DNA from: Hyphochytrium catenoides
Taxonomy: Eukaryota; Protista; Hyphochytriomycota
Reading direction: 5' to 3'
DNA length: 64,000 nucleotides
NCBI GenBank assembly: GCA_900088475.1
Contig: FLMG01002637.1
Span: 8,312-72,311 of the forward strand
A program made the position numbers and the translations under genes. The notes below the pieces were generated by a model. It worked only from the letters and a program-made list of their open reading frames with translations, was not told the DNA's origin and did no database searches. Below, piece after piece: positions 1-12,500 of the stretch (position 1 is the stretch's first letter; each line of letters opens with the position of its first letter).

Positions 1-45
1 AAGAGCCCTCCTAATCTGCTGTTGGCCTCCTCATTCGACTCTAGA

Positions 46-3000
46 TTAGGCATTCTCTTTTCCCGCTAGCGAAGAATCAGGGCCAGGTATGTCAATAGAG
101 TGATTTAGGGGAGCGCCAGTTACATCCTTCTTTGACGACGAGCTTTCCGCATTCTTTGAAGAGATAGTCTGTCCCTGTTGGGCTGGGTGCTCCTTCAGAG
201 CTACAGCACCTATAGTAGCAGAGCTCTTCCGATTATGGAGTGATGATGATGATGGATTAACTGCAGAAGTGGAAGATACCTCCAGCATGCTCCCCCTAGC
301 TCGGTTCGATCCTGTTGTTGGCCGCGGCTGGTCACCAGTAGCAGTCTTCTTTGTCGACGTTCTGGAATGTGGATTCTTATAGAGGTAGAACAGTTTTGGA
401 GTCATCACAAGGACCACACAGATGAAGGCAACGAGGCAACAGGATGCTGCCAAGAGAACAACCTTTGTGGTAGGGCCAGTAGTGATGCCCAGAGCTAGAA
501 GGAGGGTTAAACCACCCATCAGAGTGACGCTATAAAGCCCAATCGCCAATTGTTTGGCTTCCGAATAGTCTTCAACGATGTGCCAAGATTTCACGGCAAG
601 ATATACTCCTACCGCCAGGACTAGACCTTTATAAGCCAGCATCACATACAACCCTGCGTTATCACCATAGTCACAGACTTGTCTTGAGACCTGACCCAGA
701 ACTTCGATGAACTCAAAGTCTATTGTCGAGGTCAATCTGGAGCCGAACTGCCAGCTTAGCAAAATAGTGATGTCCGCCAGAATGAAAATAAAGGTCTCTA
801 CGGCTACTCGACCGTTGGAAACTACGACGCGCTTGATCGTTTTCTGCCCGAAGAGAGTGTATACCCGCTTAAGCTTCATGAGGAGAGGAGCAAAAAGCAA
901 TGAGAAACTGATGCTCAAGACCCAAGGACGCCGCACACAGTTAAACTCATTGTTTGGTCCCAGTAAGGAAGTCGAGGAAGTCGTTAAGAAGATAGCTCCC
1001 ACGATGAAAAGGAGGGTGAAGTTGACCTGGGAAGCGATGAGAGCCTTTGAATGCCGGTAGGTTGAATGTGAAGCCAAGGAAAGGCACAAGAATCAGAAGG
1101 CAGAGGGCGACCAAAGAGAACACAACGGAAGCCACAGATGAGTCTACGGGCACGTATTCGCAGCCGATCTCAATATCTTTGTATAGGTCCTGACCACCCA
1201 GGCAGGTCTTGTTGTCTTCGGCGCCCAACCATGAAAATCGTGCCACCATCGCTTGTTCTCGACATCCTGACAAGGTGTACGCTATATGCTCGCGGTTGCA
1301 GGGCGGCTGTGGAGTTAGGACGGAAGACATTCCGAGAGAGATGCTGTTCGCAATGGGCCTCAACATCGGGTACACCGTCTCATGTGGAAGGACCGAGAGA
1401 CTCTTTCGAAAGTCACTTTTGAGGACCCAGTCTACAAATTCGGCAACTTTTTGCGCCTTTGAAGCGGAGTCGGAGCCCCAAACACGCTTGACCACAAGGT
1501 TGTACTCCTTAGACAACGGGTAGCACCCCAAAGAAGAGAGATCCTGGAACATGACCACATAAGGGGATAAGGGCCATACAGCGTTGAGTCCGAGCTTATC
1601 AAGACATCCTTCCATAGACGATAGAAATGGGAGCATTTCAGTGCCGTTAGACATGAAAGTAAGTACTGGAGTTACGAAGGTTGAGGCCTCTTCGGGTCTT
1701 GTCCACACAGCACCGAACGCCCCTGTCACACTCTCAACGGCACCACGCAGACCCCGCTCCGAAGTCATCTCAAGCACGTTGGGTCTGAAGGTTCGTAGTA
1801 GATTGAGGTTATTTGTAACTGAGAAAATGTCCCTGAACTCATTGCTCACTGTCGAAAGGTAGCTGCAAATTATTCGGGATATCTCAGTAGCTCCCACGTC
1901 AACCACCAGGGTAATATTGCTGTTAGGCAAAGCTAACGAAGGGTTCATCAGCTCCTTGAGGCTCGGATCATCCCATGATACGATTCTTCCTAGGTAAATG
2001 TCAGCCAGAACCTGTGGTGTCACGCTGAGTGTTGATACCGCGTAGCCTAGTAGGTTGAATATCAGCGCGACTGTGCCAACGAAGAGCGGGGTGATGGTAA
2101 GTTTTTTATCGACAGTCAGCTGTGTTATGAGTTCCCTGATTGACGCGGTGGAGAGGTAAGTTCTCGTGGACAGAAGCCCCATAGAGAGATCTCCATACAT
2201 ATCTGACGAGATAAGCTCCCACATGCGCTCATCCTTTTCGCGCCACCCGGGGTAAGGGGTGAGATGGGAAGACGTAAGCGCTCTAAAGCTGTCTAGGATA
2301 ACCTCCATCGAGCTTTGAATGTAATCAGAATAGCCTAAGTGGAGGAGGTTTTCTTCTTGATCCGCCGTCGCTGCTAGAGAGCACCGTCGTCCTGAGCCCA
2401 AGCAGGTGCATTGCGCCACAGGAACTCCAAAACAATTAGGCACACAAGAGACCCGTTGTGGCAGAGATGACACGATGCTCTGACGAGAAAACTCGTTCAG
2501 AACCGCAGAGCCGGATTCTCTAGCTAACTCCACGAAGTCTTGACTTGCGAAAGTCCATCGAAAGAATTCGACCAGTGCACTGCGTTTCTTACAGTCCCCA
2601 ATATGCGTCCTCCCTCGTATGGCCAAATAAGAAACAGAATTGATTGGCCAGCCTAATGGAGCGGCCGTGTCCACCACGGTAGCATTGTACCTTGCATCGA
2701 AGATGCGCCTTCCACAACCATCAAGGCGTTGGTGATAGTGTTCACGGAAGGGCTGACGACGTTGTCGACTTTGTTGATGAGCTGGACACTTGAGAACCCA
2801 CGCTCCATAGCTTCCGTGTGATACATAAACGCCATCGAGTACGGTAACAGGGTGAGCTAGTTGTACATGTAGAGCAAGGGGGCAGGGAACTGTTAGAGAC
2901 AACAATAAGAAAACAAGCTAAAGTTTAGGGTGAAGATTACCGCTGCAGTTCTGCTGTCGAGGCCTTCAGGGATATAATAGGTGCGCGTCTTATTTTCCTC

Positions 3001-3742
3001 TGTACAGGTCACCACTGCGTAAGGTAGTCCAGGTTCCCGCGGCTCCTCTGCGGCTACTCCTTGACACCATTTGGGTTGAGTGGAGCGTCCAATTGTAGCC
3101 CTGAAACCTGCACTAAACTCGCTTAGGGCCGTTGTGAAGACTTCAGTAACACCTAACGCGAGCCGAGGCAAGATGAGTCTAATGGGTAATGGGCTCTTGC
3201 GGCGGAAAAGCTATTGTCGGATTGAGGGCGATGATGGCTGGGTCGTCCCACTGGACAATAATGCCTTGAAAAATGTCCGCCAGGACCTTCCTTGAGAGTG
3301 AGATCATATCTCCCTCTTCCAGTTCTGCAATGCTCACAACGGGCACGACCGCTGTCACAGCTAAGGGAAACACCATGAGGTCGCGGTAGAGCTTGAAGTC
3401 TTCAGGTGGGAGCATGTGATCCAGGACTGCAAAGTCAGTGGATCCTTGAATAAGTAGCTCTTGTCTCCTCCCTGCAATTGATCCACTACCCTCATACTCG
3501 ATGTCAACTTGCGGCAGATAGGACGAATTCGTTGCGACGCTACTGTACATACGGGCTAGCCGAGGGAAGAGTGGAGCGGTCAGGGTCCCTCCAGAACCTC
3601 TTAGTTTCCATCCACTGATAGCAGAGGGACCAATAGCTACATCAGAAAGGGCAACACTATTCTTCGCCGCAAGGTAGGTAAGTGCAACAACCAGCCAGAG
3701 GCTGGCTGTCGCAATCCTATTGTCACACAATGTACCCCTCAT
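46..3742 (-). pseudogene. Frameshifted paralog of the tandem PstS-like / class C (7tm_3) GPCR; exons 3742-2941 and 2856-46
   Basis: ORF fragments 3179-3742, 2893-3171, 2653-2835, 947-2905 and 46-1089 align end-to-end with the intact gene at 9548-13271. An 84-nt GT-AG intron (2940-2857) lies at the same codon position (TAA|LTLLPYS vs TAA|FTMLPYS). Frameshifts occur at ~3180-3193 (+7), ~2705-2708 (+2) and ~1060 (+1). Signal peptide, PstS motifs (GSGGT, DFAVLD, LADIFQGIIVQWDDP) and 7tm_3 motifs (CVRRPWVLSISFSLLFAPLLMK, EAKQLAIGLY, TPK) are present. Confidence 0.85.
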
Positions 3743-6700
3743 TTGTCTCCTCCGTCGCCGTTATCAGAAATGGTTTGATACCAGAGGAAGTACGCTTAAC
3801 AGGAGAAGGCAGATGAATGCCATGCACTACTGGGTTCAGGAATTGTAGACAGCGCCCAACAGAAGAAACAATCGTGCTAAGAGCCTTTCGGGGGAAGGTT
3901 ATATGGTTTCTGTCATCTGCGAAACTTGAGGGGAGGAATGTAGAAGCTTCTCTGTGGTCCGTTGCCCCAGCTCTCTACAGCCAGAGAAGAAATGATGTGA
4001 CGGGAATAACGAGTGGCCTCGGGCAGATTTGAGGAATCTTCAAAACGAATCGTAATAGGCCGGAGAGCTGCACATTGGAGGCTACTATGTACGGAGCTCA
4101 CTCCTTTGCCATTATTATTGCATATGTGCCTGCTGATGGCTGTCATATGATGCTATTATTAGAATAGTATGATGACTGTCAATAAAGATCACAGAAGAAA
4201 GAACAATACGTCTTCTGTTCCATGTTAGTAGCCACGATGTGGCAGACGAGCCGCCTGGGTACTTATAAGATAACTCCCATCATACAGGCCTGCCATCTAC
4301 TTACTCCCATCGCCGAAGAGGGTACATCATTAGAAAAGTAAAGAGGTTGGAGGAGATAGACGCCAGCACCTTGCGACTTCGTCTCTCAGCTTGTCAACCT
4401 ACCGAGGTGACCAACATGACAGCAACTGAAGCGAGCAGATCACCCCAGATGTCGGCCAAACGCTGCATGAAGGGAGTGTCCCATCTTCGTACCTCTTCCG
4501 TCCATTAATTGTCCTGTCGCTCTTACGTAGTAATGGAGCATCATGAAGCCTACTACTAATGACCTTTGCTTCTCCTGCTGGTCGACCGAAGTCGTTTCAT
4601 TGTCTCACAAAGCTGAGGAAAGGATAGATAAACACTGGAGCTTCATGGACCAGCAGCAGGTGCCGAAGAAGAGAGCAGCTGATCATCTACTCTCCCCATC
4701 CCATCCATATCCGGAGTAAGCACATCTCCACCGCCCTGCTGTGTGTCCAGCGCCGCTGCTGCATCCTCTTGATATCCTAGCTCTCAACTGAATCTAGGTG
4801 ACATTAGAGGCGGCCCCTCCTCTTCCTTCCTGCAGTCCGTTACACAACCTCCAGGTGATGCTCTCCAGGGCACTTGGGTGTGTCTATCTCTCAGGAGGTG
4901 TGAGTATGCAAGGGCATTGATGGTTCCTCCGTTTCTGGACGATGGAACCGTTGATAATCTCTTTCTCCCTCCTCTCTGAGTCTATTGCAGGATAGTGGTG
5001 GCTTCTGGTCGTCTACTTGGCTCCGTTCTTAGATGAAACGGGTATGCAGAGAGACGTAAGCCGTGCTTGGACCACGTCTTGGAGCAGAAGTACCATCATA
5101 TGATATGGCCTCGTCGTTGATTACACAGATGACGGGGTTTTCTTTCGTAAAACACTTGCAGAAAGAGAATAGGAGGTAAACATGGAGAGAAGGACTGCCA
5201 GAGGAAGGATGGAAGACACAAACGCAGGGAAGGGCAACTAGTGAGGCAGTTAGTAGTGCAGCAGGCGGCTCCGCCAAGCAGGAGCAGAAGATAGACTGCA
5301 AAAGAAAAGCGCAGCAGCTACAGGAGGGTGGTGACAGTAGGGTAGCTTGCGCATTGTAGTCTGAGGAGAGAGGGAAGAAAAACGAACGAAAGAGGAGGAG
5401 CGTCTTTATTAAGACGAACCCTCCTCATACTGAAGAAATCGTCTCTCGCCGCTCTGGTCCGTGGGTGCTTCAATCATTTTGGTGTTCCGTTGTAAGTTCC
5501 TCTGTCCCTTGTTCTTCCTCCTTCCTCCATTTCTTCGCTAGCTCCACTTTCGCATACTTCTGCGCTGTCCACCTTGTTTTTCCCGTCGTCCGCAACTCTC
5601 ATCCTTCACTTCCTTCGGCTACGCCGCCATTCATATCCATTTCGTGTCCGTTATTCACAAGCAGCAGACTGGTCACAGTGCTAGCACCACTGAAAGGAGG
5701 AGGAGAAGTCACAGCCATGTGTGTTTGGCACCAATCAGATAGAGTCCACAGAGCTCTAATAAGCTCTTTCGTAGTAAATCCAGCTCTCTGTTACTACATC
5801 GTTGTCCACAGATTGAGATCTTAGCACACATGAGGAGACTAAGGACCCTTTCATCATCTTCCTCCGGAAACTCTAAGTGTATGTACTCTAAAGTACCAAT
5901 GAGGCTGCTGAACTCACTATGGGTTACCACCATTGTGAAGTGTAAAAATGCAGCAGCCGCCAAACGAGTAGGGGAAAAGCAATCCGGGATCGTTTGGTTG
6001 ACAATTATCACCTATGGCTCCTGCTGCACCAAAACGGCGTTGTTTGTACTTGTGAGCCACAAGATTGACCACATCCGACTGAGTTATACTCCTTTGACGT
6101 ATGCGACAGTGCATAGAGGTGATAAGTGAGAAGCTCCGTTCCGTCGCACAGTCCATTAAGGCCTTATGCGGATCGTTGTGATGCTTTGACATGTTCAAGT
6201 GAGATGTAGTGTCTCGTGATGAAAGACGTGTCCTCTGCATATGTCGACGGCTATGATGAAGATCGAAGCTTCAGCCCCTTCCACCACAGTGTTCGAAGTA
6301 TAGTAGACAAGATCAAGCTACTACTTTAGAAGTATAACACTCTCTCTGTCCATTAGGAGAAGGGATTATGTCATCTAGCTGCTCTTCTCAGACTATTACT
6401 ATGAGTTAGAGCTCTCCCGTTAGCAAGTCAACTACCCCGTCAGATGATTGGAGAGTCTCAACCACTAGGCTTTACTACTCACTCAGCATAGAGTGTAGTA
6501 GCCCATTCTTCCAGACATCAGTATGTCCTTTCTGATTGCAGATGTGGATCAGCGGATGTCTATAAGGTCGTGTCAGCTGTTAGAACTACGCTCTGAGATT
6601 TTATTCTTGTCTCTCGTTGTTTCACGGCTCCATGGTGGGGGCCATTAGTATCATTTGGTAACAGCGGTCTAGAAGACCGAAGTAGAGAGTTATAGTGACT

Positions 6701-9547
6701 TCATTCAGTCAGGGCTGCCAAGGGGAGATGAGTGGTGCATAGCATAGATAGGAGATGAGACCGCAAGAGAAAGAGAAGACGCAAGTAACTACCACTCATT
6801 GCTGAACCACAGGTCTGCGGGGTTTAAGAAGGCAGTAGTGAGACAGAGAGAGGACTCGGGCAAAAAGGAAGGCTGCCAGAGATGAAAGCTTTGGTGTGCC
6901 TACAATATATATGACGATATCCATTTAGCGAAAGAGATAAGGTAGACTGGCAGGCCAGAATGATAATAGGTAAGGTGAACGAGAAAGGCACGTCCTGCGT
7001 CAAAAGAGCAAGGGACTCATGGAAAGTTCAGCGATAGAATATGGAAAGGACGGTGGCCTCGGTTGCAGACAGACGAGACAGAGCCTGACAGTGAAGACGA
7101 GATGGGAGCATGAAGAGAACATCTAAGCAAAGGCGAAGGACAGAAGGTAGTAATGCTTGGCATCGAGGAAGATTAAAGGACGAACGACAGACGTAAGCGA
7201 AGGCTGAAGTATAGGAGACGAAGGTGTGAAGAAGAGCAGACTGACAAAAATGAACGACGGAGACCTTAAAGAATAATGCAAGTCAGGAAAAGTGGACGAG
7301 AGAGAAGATCAAAGCGCAGAGGAAACTGGACAAGAGAGAAGATAGACCCAGCCCCGAGGAGATTGAAAATTATTGAATTGTCGAAGGGTAGGGAAAGTTG
7401 AAAGGATGTAGAAGAACAAAGGACACTGCCCACAGTCCACTTCGTGTGCTCTATTTACCGCCAGTTGCTCGGACGGAAGTAGCAGAACTAGGGTTTAACT
7501 TCTTGTGCGGAGAGGTCTTCACAAAGACAAGTTCCTTCTTGAAGTGCTGTTGACATGTATACTCGCTATATAGTACGGTACTCTCTCTCCGCTTATCTCT
7601 TGGAGCAAGTGCGACGATCAGGAGAATGGATGATCCTCCTTATGAGGCTCCCTGGATCTGAAGCTTATCAGTGTAGCTCTTACAAAGGAGGCCACTCATA
7701 GTCTCTAATCCTATGCCCTTAATCATTCTGTCTCACACTTTATTCTCCAGGAACTTACAACTTTTCTTTTTATCTCTCTCTCTGCTCGTTGACGGTGGGC
7801 TGATCTCCTTCGCCAAAACGGATACCCAGTCAATTAAAGATCAAGCGTAGAGAAGAGTCGCAGCGAAAGCGGGCCCACTAGATGAACGAAGCGAAGACCA
7901 CTTAGCTTCTGGACCCCTTGGACCAGCATCACCCTAATGAGCAAGCTGCGGATGACTATCAGCCAGTCAGGACCTATTGATGATGAGACTTCATCATAGG
8001 AGGAGGATCTGCACAGTCGATAACCGCTCTTCTTCCTCTGAAGCAAGATATTATTGAACCTATGAGGTGGGTCGCCGCCTTGTTTTTCCTCGAACTCCTA
8101 TCCGTTACAAGCCCCCTCTCTCGCTCCCTACCGTTAGCGGCTCTAACGCAGAAGCTTGCCTTTTATAAAAAATAAGCACAGCGTTGTTGGCTGTCATCAG
8201 AGAGAAGAAGTGCTGAAAGACAGGCTGTCATCCCACTCTCTCACAGGCTTCTTAGTGGCAGTGGATGATGAACGGTTATTGCAATGCTTTTCTTTCCTCT
8301 TCGCTCTTCTTCGTTCGGATGATGAGAAGATGGCCAGGTAGAGCGGCGTCCGTTGTGGCCCCTCCTGTCACCTCAGGAACTAAGGCTTTACTAGAAGGAG
8401 ACGAAAGTGTACCTTATTAGTCTTTTTAGGTTAACTGATGGTGGGCCCCAGCAACCGCTTGACCTTCACACGGCTTCCATACTTTTGGCGGTGTCTGTTG
8501 ATAGGCGGAAGGGAAAGTCCCGACAGTCTGCATTTGCTTCGATTCTCCTTCAAAGTGTTCCTCCTTAACACCTTGCTCATCTCGTAAGAAAGGAAACTGA
8601 ACCTTCCCACCCTTTTTTTACCCCTCACACTTCCTTTCTTTCTGTGACTTGAATCTAGGAAGCGAGGATGGTCACCGAACGAACAAGGAACCTTAAAAGT
8701 AACCACCCGTGTCACATCCTAGTCATGTTTAATATTGGTGGACCGAGAGGGACAGTCCAGGCCATCTTCTCTCCTCCCGTGGTAGTGTCTTCTGACTGCT
8801 AGTGGTGAGCCAGTGGAAATAGCAGCGGTTGTTATTTCCACCATCTACTATCTCTTCTTCTTCCAGCAAGACCCGAAGTAGCAAAGCCTGCAGCATGCAC
8901 TGGATACTTCCAAGAGAACCGTCATATTGACTACTACTAAGTGCTACAATATGCTGAAAGAATCAAACGGCTGTTACTTGCAAGCGGTACGACCATCAAA
9001 CCGAGGCTAGCTCTTGACACGGTGTTTTTGCTGCTTCATCATCAAATCATAATAGGCTCTGGCATATCCACCTTGTTAAAGCGGAATCTGCAAGGATGGG
9101 ACGCAAGATGGGAGGATGATTAAACGCATACATTTCGGGGCACACTAACAGCCCTTAGTATTTAGAGGTATATTGCTCATTAATAACACTTTTCTTAGGA
9201 AGACTTTTGCAGGGCCGACTCGCCTAACCGGGGGGTGGCATTGGCCCTCGGTACATAGCCCTAACATCTCTTCCCCATAGGGACTCTGGGAAAGAATGGT
9301 CAGTCCGGTCCGACGAAGCCTGGCCCAAGACGATCGGCTTCCTTGCTTTGGATGGTGAGGGGCAGTGTTTGTCGGAGGAGGGTGAGATAATAAACTGCAG
9401 TTTTAACCTCTTGTCGTGTGCTTCCGTATGATGGACACGATGAGGCACAGGGAGCATCTCATTTGATGAATCCCCGGCTGACAGTCCAATACCCTGGTGG
9501 TTGAGACATCTTCAAATAGCGAATCTCCTCACCGTTTAAATACTACC

Positions 9548-12500
9548 ATGAGTTTCCCACCTCCTTGCCTGTTGTTCCACTCGTTTCTCCTCATTGCTAC
9601 CGTTGTGCAATCTTATAATGCTATGGCTACCTCCCTGGCGGATATGGATCACCATGCAACGCTGAAAGGTGCTGGAGGATCGATGGGTGCCCAACTATTC
9701 TCTAGGCTTAACCGTATGTACGATAGTGCAGTACCTGATCTAGGTCTTCTCGGAGTAGATATTATTTACGAGAGTACGCAAGGGTCTGTTGCAGGGAGAG
9801 AGAAGCTGCTTGCTGAAGGTTCTATACATTTCGCTGTGGTGGATTACCAGCTGCCTCAATCAGACTTCAAATCCTACCGAGACCTCTTCGTTGTACCGTT
9901 TGTAGCCTCTGCGTTGGTCCCGGTAATCAACATCGCAGAGCTGGAGGATGGACAAAGGATCATCCTGTCGAGAGAGTTACTGGCTGGCATATTTATGGGC
10001 ACGGTCACTCGCTGGGACGATGCGGGCATTGTCTCCTTAAACCCAACAATAGTAGATCTACCACCAGAGCCCATTAGACTCCTCCTTCCCACTGGCACCC
10101 CCAAGAGTGCAGAGATCTTTGCACAAGCCTTGAGCTCTTTCAGCCCAGAGTTTGCAGGTACCGTGGGCCTGACCCTGAAACCCCGATGGTGCAATGGCGA
10201 CGCTGTGTCCACAGCCGATCCTGGACTTCCATATAATACTGTCAATTGCAGCGAGGGCAATACCACCAGCAGGCTGTACTACACGGCAACTGGCAAGGAA
10301 GGTTTAACTGCAGCCGTAAGTCCGGCCTACGCCTTGTGTGGCGTAGCTGTATTCATGCCGTCCATCGTTTTAATCAGGTCTTAGACTTCAGTTGATGACC
10401 GCAGTTGCGCCTCCTGTCGCTTTTTTTCTCAAACAGCAGTTTCGCCAATGATACTGACTTGACCTTTTCCCGTCACCACAGTTCACGATGCTGCCCTATT
10501 CAATCACCTTCCTCTACTACAACGAGGCCATTGAACGAGACTTTGCAAGCGCCATGCTTATCAATAAGGCAAATGCTACTATTAGTGCATCTGTGGATAC
10601 TATCACCAACTCTTTACTAATGGCTGAAGGAACTTTTGACACGCGGTACAATGCCTCTGTGCTTGACACTGTCGCCCCACGCGGTTGGCCAATTGTCTCC
10701 ATAGCTTACCTCACCATTCGGGGAAGGACACATTTGGGTGACTGTCAGGAACGAAGGGCCTTGGCCGAATTCTTTCGATGGGTTTTGGTTAGCCCACAAT
10801 ACGTTGAGCTTGCACATAGTTTAGGATACGCGGTGCTTAGCGAGCACTCCCGCAAAAGCATTGTGGCGGATATTGCCAGCCAGGTCTCCTGTGTGTCTAA
10901 CTGTGTCGGTATCCCCAAAGCCCTGTGCTCCTGCATTGGGACTGGTAGGCGTTGTCGTAAGGCTGTAACACCCTCTCAAAAGGCCGAAGTGTTCTATCTA
11001 GGCTATCCTAGCTTCGTCGAGAGTTCAGTTCATGTTGTCCTGGATGGTTACAAGGGTCATAGCTCACATTCGGTAGGTAGGTATCCTGGATGGAGAGAAG
11101 ATAAAACTTTATGGAGTGCCATTGCCTCAGACCTCTATGCTGACATCAGCATGGGTTTGGTGTCGTCAAAGCAGATGTTGGCACATTTAGCGACATCACC
11201 CGAATCCTCGTCCAGCAGTCAAGATATACTTACTAACGGCGAGGTCGCCCTAACTCCTTTTTTCGTGGGGTCTGTGGGCATCGCTTTCAACCTCAATTCC
11301 TTACGCATGGTTACTGTCACGCCCGACGTGTTGGCAGATATCTATCTGGGAAAAATAACTCTATGGAATGACCCAAGGATCCAGCAGCTGAACTCTGATG
11401 TATCTCTACCGCCCATCAACATCTCTATCGTTATCGATGCCGGGGCCCTGGAGATATCTGAAGTTCTCATCACATATTTGCGGAATGTCAGTCAAGACTT
11501 TCACGATGCCATGGATGCCAACAGTAACCTCAACCACCTGCGTACCTTTCGATCTCATGTCATTGAAATGACGTCTGAGCTGAGCTTACGCGGGGCAGTA
11601 GCGGCCATAGAAGGAGCGATAGGTGGGGTCTGGATAAGAGAAGAAGACGAAGAAGATATCAATGTGCTGTTACTGCAGAGCGCCAGGGGCATCAAGATGG
11701 ATCCGTTTCTCTCTTCCATACGGGCCTGTTTTGACGCTTTAGGCTTGCGTGCTGTCTATCCCATCAACCGCTTTGCGTCTATCTTTGACAACGTCGCTAG
11801 AAACGATAGGGATTGTTGGCCGCTCGTTGTGGAGTATAATCTAATGGTCAAACGGGTGTGGAACGCGGACGGTGCTTCATCGACGGCCCAGGAAGTGGCA
11901 GATTTTTTACAATGGTTTATTGGGAATGATCTGCGGGAGGCCCTTGCTGTTTTAAGCCCAGACGTAGCGAGCTTCGTAATGTCCCCCATCGCACAGACCA
12001 TCTCTCTGGGTGAGGCTTCAATTCTGTCTCCTCAGCCGCCCTGTAGCCGAGAGCATATGGTCTATACGTTGTCCGCTTGCCATGAGCAGGTAATGACTGC
12101 GCGTATCAACTGGGCAAGTGGAACTGAGAGCCGAAGCTGCCTGAATGGTCAACCGTTATACGACGACATCGAAATTAGCTGTGATCATGTTCCTCTGGGC
12201 TCATCGGTGGCGTACGGGATCATCGCGCTCGTAGTCATGTCATCCGCCGTATTGGTCCCGTTCCTAGGTTTTACCTTCCATTATCGATATTCGAAGGCCC
12301 TTGTAGTTTCCCAAGTCAACTTCACTCTTCTGTTCATCATGGGAGCTACGTTCCTGGTCATCTCCTCACTTTCATTGATAGGACCCAACGACGAGACGAA
12401 CTGCATAGTGCGTCCTTGGACACTCAGTATCAGCTTCTCCGTGCTCTTTGCTCCCCTTTTGATGAAGCTTAAAAGGGTCTACACCCTATTTGGACAAAGG

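Noticed and set aside
5709-6240. Cluster of ~100-aa ORFs between the receptor genes
   Set aside because: No recognisable motif or splice pattern; length compatible with chance or unidentifiable decay.
6720-7430. Long purine-rich (GA) tract
   Set aside because: No periodic unit or open frame; treated as compositional bias.
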